Part shown: positions 17,754-26,414 of the stretch, in pieces | Layout of the letters: each line of letters opens with the position of its first letter | Position numbering within the stretch: position 1 is the stretch's first letter | DNA from: Gammaproteobacteria bacterium | GTDB lineage: Bacteria; Pseudomonadota; Gammaproteobacteria; Pseudomonadales; Azotimanducaceae | Assembly: GCA_009841635.1 (NCBI GenBank) | Contig: VXLJ01000001.1 | Location: 8,028 to 72,027, forward strand | Length of the DNA: 64,000 bases | Direction of reading: 5' to 3' | Made by a program: the position numbers and the translations under genes | Notes under the pieces: model-generated | Database searches by the model: none | Seen by the model: the letters and a program-made list of their open reading frames with translations, nothing else | What the model was told of the DNA's origin: nothing

Positions 17754-20189
17754 TTAGGTGCCTAAATGGTGACGAAGTTTGACCACGACCCCTTCAGATA
17801 TGGGGTGATCCAACGTCTCCGAAAACAAGTCGGTAAATGCATAGCCGAGTGCGTTAGGCAACGATGCGCGCTTCGAATACACGACGAACAAATCTGACAT
17901 CGGTGCAATTTCCCATCGATACCGCAACTGTAAATTCAAGCGTGACAGGGTGAAATCGTCGGCGCGATCTGCAGTCGGGTCTGACGTAATCATGAGCTTC
18001 GTGTCGTTTTCTGGTAGCTCATAAAACTCGCTCTCAAGTGCTTTGATCGCACTCCATTCCAAATCCATCCGGACGTGCTGCTTGGAAGTCACAAACAAGT
18101 CCATGCCAAAGCGCGGTGACCAACTCTCACTTGCAAAAGTCGTGAAATTTCGCCCGCCACGATTGAGCAGCCAACTATCTTGATGGAAATAGAAGATGCT
18201 TGAGAACATCGTAAATCGGTGCGATGCGCGGTAAATCAAAAACGTCCCCGCGGATTTGGAAGCGCCACCTAAAGATTCACTGCCATATCCACCAGACGCA
18301 CTGTAGTAGAACCGGCGAGCTGAATCAGACGAATAGCGGAAGTCAAGCTGTTGGCGACTCTCTTCTAAGTACGTGCCGTTGCCAAAACTATTCCGGTCGT
18401 CATATTGATCTGGGCGATAGCGCGCACGTACTCGAAAGCGCGTGTTGTTATTGAAGGTAAATTCCTGCGTCAACTGCAAACTTGACGAAATTGCTTGACC
18501 TGCACCGTTCACTTCATGGTCAAGCATGAACTCTGTATCGCTTTCTTTGTAGCGATCTGAGAATTTGCGAATTCGGAACTCGTACTCGAATGCGTTTTTA
18601 TCGTTGCGTGCCATATACCCAAGATGATTGAGATTGAGCTTGTCGTCATACGAGTCGAATTCAAACTCATGGGTAACGCCTTGACTCTGGGCGTATTCGA
18701 ACTTAACAAAGCCACCATAGCCGTTTTCCTCACCCTGGACATCGGATACGAATAGCTGCGAATCAACTTTGTACTTACCGGATTTGCTGAAAAAGTGACC
18801 GTCGAGGCCATGCGTGCGCGCATCAAGCGATGGATGGTGCATGCTCGTAGAAGTAAAGCCGAGACTTCGATAGTCGCCATTGCTTTCTTCCCATAGGGTT
18901 CGAACCACACCGAAATCTCTACCCGGTTGCGCAACTGCTATGGGTTCGCCATCGAGCTCGCCATAAAACGTGGTATCGTCTTCGACCGCACCCAGCACGC
19001 CATAACGCAATTTGCCGATTTGACCTGTAGCCTTGGTCGCACCTAGCAAGTCAGCCGGATCGCGAAACTGGTCATAGTCGAACCGTGCGCCTGCCGGCAA
19101 TTCAGGAAATAGCGGTCGTTGGCCTATTCGTCTTGTGTGCAACATCCTGATCGATGAATCAACCGGCGCAAAAATCTCCTGCCCTTCGAGGAAGAAGAGT
19201 CGCTTCTCAGGGAAGAACGTCTCGATTGCCGACAAGTTGATGATGACGGAATCTGCTTCAACCGTACCGAAATCAGGATTGGCTGTCGCAGTGACTTGCA
19301 GATTGGTCGAAGGTCGCCAGAACAGATCTAATCCCGCGTGGCCTTCTGTTGTTTCGTTCATCGAGTCGTAAAGCGACGAGACTTGCGGGAAGAAGCTCAA
19401 CTGTTGGCGCGGTTTGACATCCTGCAATACGATCTTTTGAAATGCGGACAAGAACTTTGGTTTCGTGAATGGCAGGGGTGGATACCCATAACGCTCATTT
19501 AGATAGGCCACGCGACGTTGCATCACGATGCCCATTTCACGTTCGCCCTCCATCTTTGGCATGCTCACGATGGACCACGGAATGAAGAATTCGGCCGACC
19601 ACCCGTCTTGGGTTCGCGCAGTTTCTCCGTACCAGGCACCATCCCAACTGTCGCTGAACTGACGTTCTGGTTGTATAGTGCCGTCCGAGCGGCTACCCCC
19701 AAGATTCAACTGGAACCAATAGCCATAGCGGGCTTCACCTGAGGTGTCCAACGTAAAGCTCACGTAATCACGGTTCAGAAAACCCAGATCTCGAGCGGAT
19801 AATCGTTCAACCAGACGAGTCGGGTCCTGTTGGCAATTGGCCGCCACATAAAAACCACGATCTGTGTAAAAGAAGCGCCAGAACGAGTTCAGTGTGGCAG
19901 GTTCGAGCGTATCGGGGTCGGTTAGATAAAACTCTTCGTGCGCAGGAAGACTTGCCCAAACGGCTTCATCGATTACACCATCTACAACGATGTCAATATC
20001 GCTGCGTTTGCGCGGCACCACCAAGGCGCGTTGCGAGCCGTCGCTGGAACCCTTTAGAGTAATCGTTTCAAACGTCGTATTGGCGTCAGAAGCGGTTTTT
20101 GGGTTGGGATTCGCGCCGAATACGGCAAGCGAGAAAGTTAGGAGGTAAGCTGAAAAAAGACAGGTACAACGCGCAGAAAGGCGTTTCAC
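17754..20189 (-). CDS. CBM9-like / DUF5916 outer-membrane-type protein
   Basis: 811 aa with a signal peptide. The N-terminal VVDGVIDEAVWASLP block resembles carbohydrate-binding family 9 domains. The rest is long, aromatic-rich and beta-strand-like, as in DUF5916. Confidence 0.6.
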   Translation of the reverse strand: MKRLSARCTCLFSAYLLTFSLAVFGANPNPKTASDANTTFETITLKGSSDGSQRALVVPRKRSDIDIVVDGVIDEAVWASLPAHEEFYLTDPDTLEPATLNSFWRFFYTDRGFYVAANCQQDPTRLVERLSARDLGFLNRDYVSFTLDTSGEARYGYWFQLNLGGSRSDGTIQPERQFSDSWDGAWYGETARTQDGWSAEFFIPWSIVSMPKMEGEREMGIVMQRRVAYLNERYGYPPLPFTKPKFLSAFQKIVLQDVKPRQQLSFFPQVSSLYDSMNETTEGHAGLDLFWRPSTNLQVTATANPDFGTVEADSVIINLSAIETFFPEKRLFFLEGQEIFAPVDSSIRMLHTRRIGQRPLFPELPAGARFDYDQFRDPADLLGATKATGQIGKLRYGVLGAVEDDTTFYGELDGEPIAVAQPGRDFGVVRTLWEESNGDYRSLGFTSTSMHHPSLDARTHGLDGHFFSKSGKYKVDSQLFVSDVQGEENGYGGFVKFEYAQSQGVTHEFEFDSYDDKLNLNHLGYMARNDKNAFEYEFRIRKFSDRYKESDTEFMLDHEVNGAGQAISSSLQLTQEFTFNNNTRFRVRARYRPDQYDDRNSFGNGTYLEESRQQLDFRYSSDSARRFYYSASGGYGSESLGGASKSAGTFLIYRASHRFTMFSSIFYFHQDSWLLNRGGRNFTTFASESWSPRFGMDLFVTSKQHVRMDLEWSAIKALESEFYELPENDTKLMITSDPTADRADDFTLSRLNLQLRYRWEIAPMSDLFVVYSKRASLPNALGYAFTDLFSETLDHPISEGVVVKLRHHLGT

Positions 20190-20274
20190 AAAGACGTAGA
20201 GACCACCGCAGAGCGAGGAATTTTAGTAATCGAAGTTGGGTCCCCCCTTTTGCGCTAGGAAAAATATGCGAAAG

Positions 20275-20898
20275 TCATTCAAAACTACCCCAAAAATCCA
20301 CCTCAAATGATCGCCAAATGCAACGCGCCAACAGTGTACGACAAGGCGAGCCTTGCTCGGGATCGAATTCCGCATCCACATAACGCCGGGTTAGCTCTAC
20401 GCCACGATTGATTGCTAGATCCTTGCTCGGGAATACGTCCTTGTGACCGAAGTAGAACATCGCCAACATTTCTGCGGTCCACGTGGAAATCCCCCAGATT
20501 GTGTCGACTTCTTTTTCTAGTTCGGTAAACGGTAACGTTCGCCATTTCTCAAACCTGCTAGGTTCTTTGCGATATTTTGTGCGAAATTCATGAATGGAAC
20601 GGACTTTACCTTGGCTCATACCACAGCCGCGTAATTCATCGGCGGTGAGGTTTGCTAGGTACTTCAACCGGCGTTGCTTCGCTGCTGCTTCAATACGGCT
20701 AAAGATGGCGGATGCCGCTTTGGTCGAGAGCATTTGTGAATTCACCACGCGCACGATGGCGTCTAAAAGTGGCAGATCTGTGATTGCTGGATAGGTGGTA
20801 TCGGCGACCGCGTCGAAGAAGTCGTGCAAGTTTGGAAACGTGCGGCGCAGCGTCTCGAAATCCTTATTCCGTGAAGAAAGTTGTGCAGGTTGCGGCAT
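20275..20898 (-). CDS. HhH-GPD superfamily DNA glycosylase (AlkA-like 3-methyladenine glycosylase)
   Basis: 207 aa with a helix-hairpin-helix region LRGCGMSQGKVRSI and GISTWTAEMLAMFYFGHKDVFPSKDLA. Confidence 0.7.
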   Translation of the reverse strand: MPQPAQLSSRNKDFETLRRTFPNLHDFFDAVADTTYPAITDLPLLDAIVRVVNSQMLSTKAASAIFSRIEAAAKQRRLKYLANLTADELRGCGMSQGKVRSIHEFRTKYRKEPSRFEKWRTLPFTELEKEVDTIWGISTWTAEMLAMFYFGHKDVFPSKDLAINRGVELTRRYVDAEFDPEQGSPCRTLLARCIWRSFEVDFWGSFE

Positions 20899-21105
20899 AC
20901 GGATAGCTTACCTTCTAGCTCTCACCAAACACCATGCAAAATCATCACACACTTTGCTTCGTAGTGAATTAAAATCTCATGTGATTGCTATTTGTAGACA
21001 ATATTTCCTATAAATTATGGGTCATAGTTATTATTTTTCTACTAAAATTCTCATAAATGAAAAATTCTATTTTCAACCTATTTCTAGACCCAACTCGGTG
21101 ACAAA

Positions 21106-22185
21106 ATGACAGCAACCAGGTTAAGCGCGGTCCGCGACACGAGCGCGCCGATTCAAACGGACGGTCTCGAATTTATTGAGTTTACAGCCGCAGAGACACA
21201 GGTCCTTGAAGATGCTTTGATTCAACTGGGCTTCGTGTGCGTCGCCGACCATAACCATAAAAACGTAAGGCTATACCGCCAAAACAGTATCAATTTCATT
21301 GTCAATGGCGAAGGACATAGTCTCGCAAGCGATTACGCGACGGCGCACGGTCCCTCGTCGAACGCGTTGGCGTTTCGGGTACCAAACGTGACCGATGCGC
21401 TGCAGTCGGCGCGGGAAATGGGTTTGGAAGTCATTGCGAGCACCGCCGGACCGATGGAACTGAACATTCCCGCGGTCAGAGGCGTTGGCGATGCCCTAAT
21501 CTACCTCGTTGATCGATACGGCGCAACATCTATTTACGACATTGACTTTACTTTTCGCACCGGGGTTGAACGCATGCCGTATGGTTGGCTTCAGGATATA
21601 GACCATGTCACGCAGAACGTCCGCTGCGGCGAACTTGTGAAGCACACAGACTTCTACAAGCGTACATTTGGTTTTTGCGAACTACAAACTTTCAATATTC
21701 ATGGCAAACATAGCGGCTTGGATAGTGTTGCCTTGATCAGCTCATGCGGGCGGATAAAAATTCCAATCAATGAGCCGACGGATCCTAAATCGCAAATCGC
21801 AGAATTTCTTGACATCCATCACGGCGGTGGCGTGCAGCACATCGCGCTCACGACATCAGATATTTTTGAAGCAGTAAAAGCCTGTCGGGCAAACGGCACC
21901 GTGTTCCAATCTACGCCGTCGACCTACTATCACAATCTACATTCGCGTCATATTGGCCACAACGAAAATGTCGAACAACTGATGAAGCACAACGTGCTGA
22001 TCGATGGCAACCCTGACGATGGCATCCTTTTGCAGATCTTTACACGCGACATGATCGGACCGTTGTTCTTCGAACTGATTCAGCGCAAAGGCAATCGGGG
22101 ATTTGGCGAAGGCAATTTCCAAGCGCTGTTCGAATCGATCGAACGCAACCAAGCTGCACGAGGCGTTTTCGATGAAGCGGTTTGA
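21106..22185 (+). CDS. hppD: 4-hydroxyphenylpyruvate dioxygenase
   Basis: 359 aa with two VOC modules and the C-terminal signature FFELIQRKGNRGFGEGNFQALFESIE. It lies directly upstream of a homogentisate dioxygenase-like gene. Confidence 0.85.
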   Translation: MTATRLSAVRDTSAPIQTDGLEFIEFTAAETQVLEDALIQLGFVCVADHNHKNVRLYRQNSINFIVNGEGHSLASDYATAHGPSSNALAFRVPNVTDALQSAREMGLEVIASTAGPMELNIPAVRGVGDALIYLVDRYGATSIYDIDFTFRTGVERMPYGWLQDIDHVTQNVRCGELVKHTDFYKRTFGFCELQTFNIHGKHSGLDSVALISSCGRIKIPINEPTDPKSQIAEFLDIHHGGGVQHIALTTSDIFEAVKACRANGTVFQSTPSTYYHNLHSRHIGHNENVEQLMKHNVLIDGNPDDGILLQIFTRDMIGPLFFELIQRKGNRGFGEGNFQALFESIERNQAARGVFDEAV

Positions 22186-23299
22186 ACGATTCTGGAGTCA
22201 AGGCCGCCACTCAAAACAAGCGCATCGCGACCTGCCAGAGGGCACATTTGAGCGGGAAATGGGTCGCGACGGTTTTGACGGGCCTGCCTCACACATCTAT
22301 CACCCACGACCGCCAACGAATTGGACGTCCATAGATGGCCCGTTAAAACCACGCGCCTTCAACTTAAACATGGTCGAAGAAAGCGCAAATCCTTTTGCGG
22401 TTCCCACACTGCTAACCAGTGCGTCGCTGCGAATCGCGTATTGGCAAACTAGCGAATCAATGCCGCACCTGGTTAGGGATGCAGACGGAGACGAATTGCT
22501 CTTCGTTCATTCGGGCAGTATGCAATTTTTCTGTGATTACGGGCACATGGAAGTTGACGATGGAAGCTATCTTGTCATTCCTCGTGGCACCATGTGGCGG
22601 GTCGAAACCGCAGGGTTGTTAAGTGTGTTGCTGCTTAGCGTAGCAGGTGACAGATTTCATGAACCGACGCGTGGTCTGCTTGGTCGTCATGCACTGTGGG
22701 ACCCAGGCGTGCTTGAATATCCAAAACTGAACGAGCAATTTCGCTCCCAAACAGATACGCCCAGTTCAGTGCTTGTGCGACGACGCGAGCAACTTTCAAC
22801 CATCCACTACGACCATAACCCTCTTGATGCGGTTGGTTGGAAAGGAGACACCGTGCCAGTACGGTTGCATGTGCACGATCTACTACCAATCAATAGCCAT
22901 CGCTACCACTTGCCACCAAGCGTCCACGCAACATTCGAGTGCGATGCTGCTCTTGTGAGCACCTTCGTGCCGCGACCATTCGAAACTGACCAAACCGCAC
23001 TGAAGGTGCCGTTTTTCCATAACAACGATGATATTGACGAAGTGATCTTTTATCACGCTGGCAACTTCTTCAGCCGCGATGCCATCGAAACAGGTTGTTT
23101 GACTTACCACCCTAGTGGTTTGACACACGGGCCCCATCCAAAAGCACTTGCTAGGATGTTTGAGCAACCTAATGACAGCACCAACGAATACGCAGTGATG
23201 ATTGACTCACGCGAGCAACTCGAAGTCAGTACCGCTGCGCTCAATGATCAGATCGAAATAGCCGGTTATGACACTAGCTGGCGGATCGATTCGACTTAA
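22172..23299 (+). CDS. hmgA: homogentisate 1,2-dioxygenase family protein (short, divergent form)
   Basis: PFFHNNDDIDEVIFY and HPSGLTHGPHP resemble the His/Glu metal-site region of HGD. The ATG at 22172 overlaps the hppD 3' end by 14 nt. The earlier ORF-track start lies inside hppD. Confidence 0.7.
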   Translation: MKRFERFWSQGRHSKQAHRDLPEGTFEREMGRDGFDGPASHIYHPRPPTNWTSIDGPLKPRAFNLNMVEESANPFAVPTLLTSASLRIAYWQTSESMPHLVRDADGDELLFVHSGSMQFFCDYGHMEVDDGSYLVIPRGTMWRVETAGLLSVLLLSVAGDRFHEPTRGLLGRHALWDPGVLEYPKLNEQFRSQTDTPSSVLVRRREQLSTIHYDHNPLDAVGWKGDTVPVRLHVHDLLPINSHRYHLPPSVHATFECDAALVSTFVPRPFETDQTALKVPFFHNNDDIDEVIFYHAGNFFSRDAIETGCLTYHPSGLTHGPHPKALARMFEQPNDSTNEYAVMIDSREQLEVSTAALNDQIEIAGYDTSWRIDST

Positions 23300-23453
23300 G
23301 AAGCGCTTGCACGCCATCAATTCGACTCAGCTATTCGACTGCATTCAAGCTCGCAACTTGGCAAGAGAGTCTATGTGCATCAATCGAGCTATTTTTGACG
23401 AACCTTGTTCCGCAAAATTTAACTAGCTAACTAACCCCAACGAATTCGCAACC

Positions 23454-24110
23454 ATGGCTCTAAGCATTGCGGAAGAAGTGCTTCTTCTCACTCTACACGA
23501 CAGCGACGGCACATTTATCAAGGTTCCCGAATACACCATGCGTTACGCGCTTAGTGGCGCTGTATTGATGGATTTGGCATTGCACAATCGCATCGACACA
23601 GATTTAGAAGCGATGAAGATAGTTGATGCGACGCCAACTAGTGACTCGATTCTGGATGGGATGTTGAAATTCATGAGCATCGAATCAGACGAGCAAACGG
23701 CACGATACTGGATTGAACGCACGGCCGTGTATGCCGATAGCATCCGAGAAGCAGCACTTGAGCGACTGGTCGAACATGGCATCCTAGAACAAGCAGAACA
23801 TAGATTTCTATGGGTGTTCAAGTCGCGACGTTATCCGATCATCGATGGCAAAGCCGACAAAGAAGTGAAACTTCGTATCGCTGAAGTGCTCTTCACCGAC
23901 ACGATTCCAAACCCGCGAGACATTGCGCTGATCTGTCTTACGCATGCAACCGGCCTCCTCGAATCAATTTTCACACGGTCGCAATTGCGCGAAGTAGAAG
24001 ACCGCATAGAGCAAGTGCGACGCCTTGATTTGATAGGGCAGACGCTGGCGAACGCCATCTGGACCATTGAAGCCTATATAGCCAGTTCATCCCAGCCTCA
24101 ATTTCACTAG
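23454..24110 (+). CDS. GPP34/GOLPH3-family protein
   Basis: 218 aa. The N-terminal LSIAEEVLLLTLHDSDGTF is the characteristic GPP34 opening, followed by a helical repeat-like remainder. Confidence 0.65.
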   Translation: MALSIAEEVLLLTLHDSDGTFIKVPEYTMRYALSGAVLMDLALHNRIDTDLEAMKIVDATPTSDSILDGMLKFMSIESDEQTARYWIERTAVYADSIREAALERLVEHGILEQAEHRFLWVFKSRRYPIIDGKADKEVKLRIAEVLFTDTIPNPRDIALICLTHATGLLESIFTRSQLREVEDRIEQVRRLDLIGQTLANAIWTIEAYIASSSQPQFH

Positions 24111-24127
24111 GCATTCGCAACAACCTA

Positions 24128-25000
24128 ATGAACGAAGTCTGGCAAGTTGGTGATATCAAAATCACTAGAGTCGTCGAACTAGAAGTCACCGGCGGATCGC
24201 GTTTCATTCTGCCTGACGCTACGCGTGAGCGTTGCTTGCCGTTGAGCTGGATGCACCCTCACTTTATGGACGACCAAGGTAATTTGGTGATGAGCGTGCA
24301 CGCGCTCGTCGTCGACACCGGCAGCAGTCGCATCGTCGTCGATACATGTATTGGCAATGACAAGCAGCGAAGCATCCCAGCCTGGTCGAATTTACAAACT
24401 AGCTTTCTTACCGACCTTACGAACGCAGGCTATCCACCCGAGAGCATTGATCTCGTCATGTGCACTCATTTGCACGTCGATCACGTTGGTTGGAATACGC
24501 GGCTCGTTGACGATGAATGGGTTGCAACCTTTCCGAACGCAGAGTATTTAGTTGCGAGCGACGAATGGCAGTATTGGACTAGTGCGGATGATGCCGGGCG
24601 ATTTGACGAGGTTTACGCGGACAGCGTAAAACCAATCGAACATAAACTCCGACTAATCGACGTCGCGCAGAACCCAGTGATCGAGCGGGGCGTCTCGCTA
24701 AAGCCCACCCCGGGTCACACGCCCGGTCACGTGAGCGTCGAAATCAGTAGCAACGGTGAGTCCGCGTTAATAACTGGTGACTGCATTCACCACCCATGTC
24801 AAATGACGCAGATGGATTGGTGCAGTTCCGCCGATACGGACGCGGCGCAAGGCATGCAAACGCGAAGTCGGTTGTTGGCAGAGTTAGTAGATTCGAACAC
24901 GCTCGTGATAGGCACGCATTTCGCGACGCCAACGGCGGGTTACATTCGTACGTATGAGGAAGGCAACTACTGGTTGAATACCGAACTTTCTAACGGTTAA
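24128..25000 (+). CDS. MBL-fold metallo-hydrolase (lactonase-like)
   Basis: 290 aa with the metal motif THLHVDHVGW and later TPGHTPGH and GD..HH. It starts 17 nt after the GPP34 gene. Confidence 0.8.
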   Translation: MNEVWQVGDIKITRVVELEVTGGSRFILPDATRERCLPLSWMHPHFMDDQGNLVMSVHALVVDTGSSRIVVDTCIGNDKQRSIPAWSNLQTSFLTDLTNAGYPPESIDLVMCTHLHVDHVGWNTRLVDDEWVATFPNAEYLVASDEWQYWTSADDAGRFDEVYADSVKPIEHKLRLIDVAQNPVIERGVSLKPTPGHTPGHVSVEISSNGESALITGDCIHHPCQMTQMDWCSSADTDAAQGMQTRSRLLAELVDSNTLVIGTHFATPTAGYIRTYEEGNYWLNTELSNG

Positions 25001-25265
25001 CTTCGTCACGCACCATCTCGGCTTCAACATTCGCCATCCACTTGCGAATGTGATGTGCAGCCCAAGGAATCGTGGTGCCGATCAATAGGATGCCAAGCGG
25101 GATCATCCAAAAACCAAGAATTGGGAAGAATCCGAATAGGCCGAGAACAATAAACACAGCGCCGAGCAGCGCGCGGATATAGAACGGGAACTTAAATCCC
25201 CAACGGAGTCCCTGACAAACGAGTCGTTTGCAAAACGACCAGAATCCAGATGTGCGCCCCTGCAA
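24990..25265 (-). CDS. small two-TM membrane protein (tentatively PGPGW-like)
   Basis: 91 aa. The hydrophobic hairpin LGAVFIVLGLFGFFPILGFWMIPLGILLIG is followed by a basic helix. TTG start 3 nt after the upstream MBL gene stop. The start codon is uncertain. Confidence 0.45.
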   Translation of the reverse strand: MQGRTSGFWSFCKRLVCQGLRWGFKFPFYIRALLGAVFIVLGLFGFFPILGFWMIPLGILLIGTTIPWAAHHIRKWMANVEAEMVRDEVNR

Positions 25266-25268
25266 AAA

Positions 25269-26414
25269 CTACACCATAACTGGTAAGTCGTCCGGCGCAT
25301 CGTGTTGGTTTGGGTGTTGCCGTCGTGCCAAATCCGGATCAATGGACAGATAGCGATACACGCCATCGTCGTCAAGTTTGCGCTCTAGCCGATTACGATG
25401 CAGTAGCAAGTGGCAGTGTGCGATCGCCTCGCCAAGGGCCATCATCATTTGCCTAGCGTCTAACTCACGCTTGAAAAGCACGGGTAGCAACGCTCGCGCC
25501 GTTTGCGGCGTCGTGCAGTGCTCTTCTATTGCCAGCATGCGATCTTCATGATGATTGATTAGCGCTCGTAGCCGCTGTCGTACGCCGTAGAACGGCAAAT
25601 TGTGCGCCGGTAGCACAAACGTATCTTCAGGCAAATCAAGGAAACGATCGTGCGAATCCATCCAAGCCTTCAATGGATTTGCTTCCGGTTCTGTCGCGTG
25701 AACGCTTACGTTGCTAGTAATGATCGGCAGGATTTGATCGCCTGAAATCAGCACCTTTAAGCTCTTGCAAAACAAACAAGCATGTTCAGGTGAATGGCCA
25801 GATCCAATCATGACCAGCCAGTCATGCCCGCCAATTGTTAGCACATCGCCTTCTTGTAGACGACGAAATCCAACCGGAAACACCGCATAGTTCGGCTCGG
25901 AGTTTTTCTTGCGCGCATTCTGTTGTTCTTGTGCACTCGGCATGCGCCGCCGCCATTCTTGACCTGCCCGTTCGAAGAACGAGGTATCAATCCCTGAACG
26001 CTCGTAGAACTCTTGACTTTGCCAATTTGAACTATAGGAGGAATAGCCTGAAAACATCGACCGAGCCTGGTAATACTCAGCTCGCGTCATATAAAACGGC
26101 ACCCGGAACTTGTCAGTAATCATCCCGGCCTGCCCCACGTGATCAGGATGCATGTGGGTACAAATGACGCCTTTTATTGGCTTGCCTTCTAGATGGTTAT
26201 CAAAGATCTCAAACCATAACTCGCGAGTCTGTTGCGTTGCAAGACCAGTATCGAGCACGAACCAGCCGTCGTAATCTTCGAGCAGATACAAATTAATGTG
26301 CGTTAACGAACCCGCCATAGGCATCGTGAGCCAGCGCACACTCTCTGCTACTTCAACCGTCGTTGCAGACGGAGGGTGCTCCGCGTGCGGGTAATCTAGA
26401 CCATTCGTCGACAT
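25269..26414 (-). CDS. MBL-fold metallo-hydrolase with a C-terminal helical extension
   Basis: 381 aa with CTHMHPDHVG and GSGHSPEH motifs. Confidence 0.8.
   Translation of the reverse strand: MSTNGLDYPHAEHPPSATTVEVAESVRWLTMPMAGSLTHINLYLLEDYDGWFVLDTGLATQQTRELWFEIFDNHLEGKPIKGVICTHMHPDHVGQAGMITDKFRVPFYMTRAEYYQARSMFSGYSSYSSNWQSQEFYERSGIDTSFFERAGQEWRRRMPSAQEQQNARKKNSEPNYAVFPVGFRRLQEGDVLTIGGHDWLVMIGSGHSPEHACLFCKSLKVLISGDQILPIITSNVSVHATEPEANPLKAWMDSHDRFLDLPEDTFVLPAHNLPFYGVRQRLRALINHHEDRMLAIEEHCTTPQTARALLPVLFKRELDARQMMMALGEAIAHCHLLLHRNRLERKLDDDGVYRYLSIDPDLARRQHPNQHDAPDDLPVMV

Noticed and set aside
23420-23460. Vector-like arrangement: stops in three frames (TAACTAGCTAACTAA), an EcoRI site (GAATTC) and an NcoI site (CCATGG) on the GPP34 start codon.
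   Set aside because: These are short motifs that can occur by chance. The surrounding sequence has no other vector hallmarks and the gene context is native-looking.
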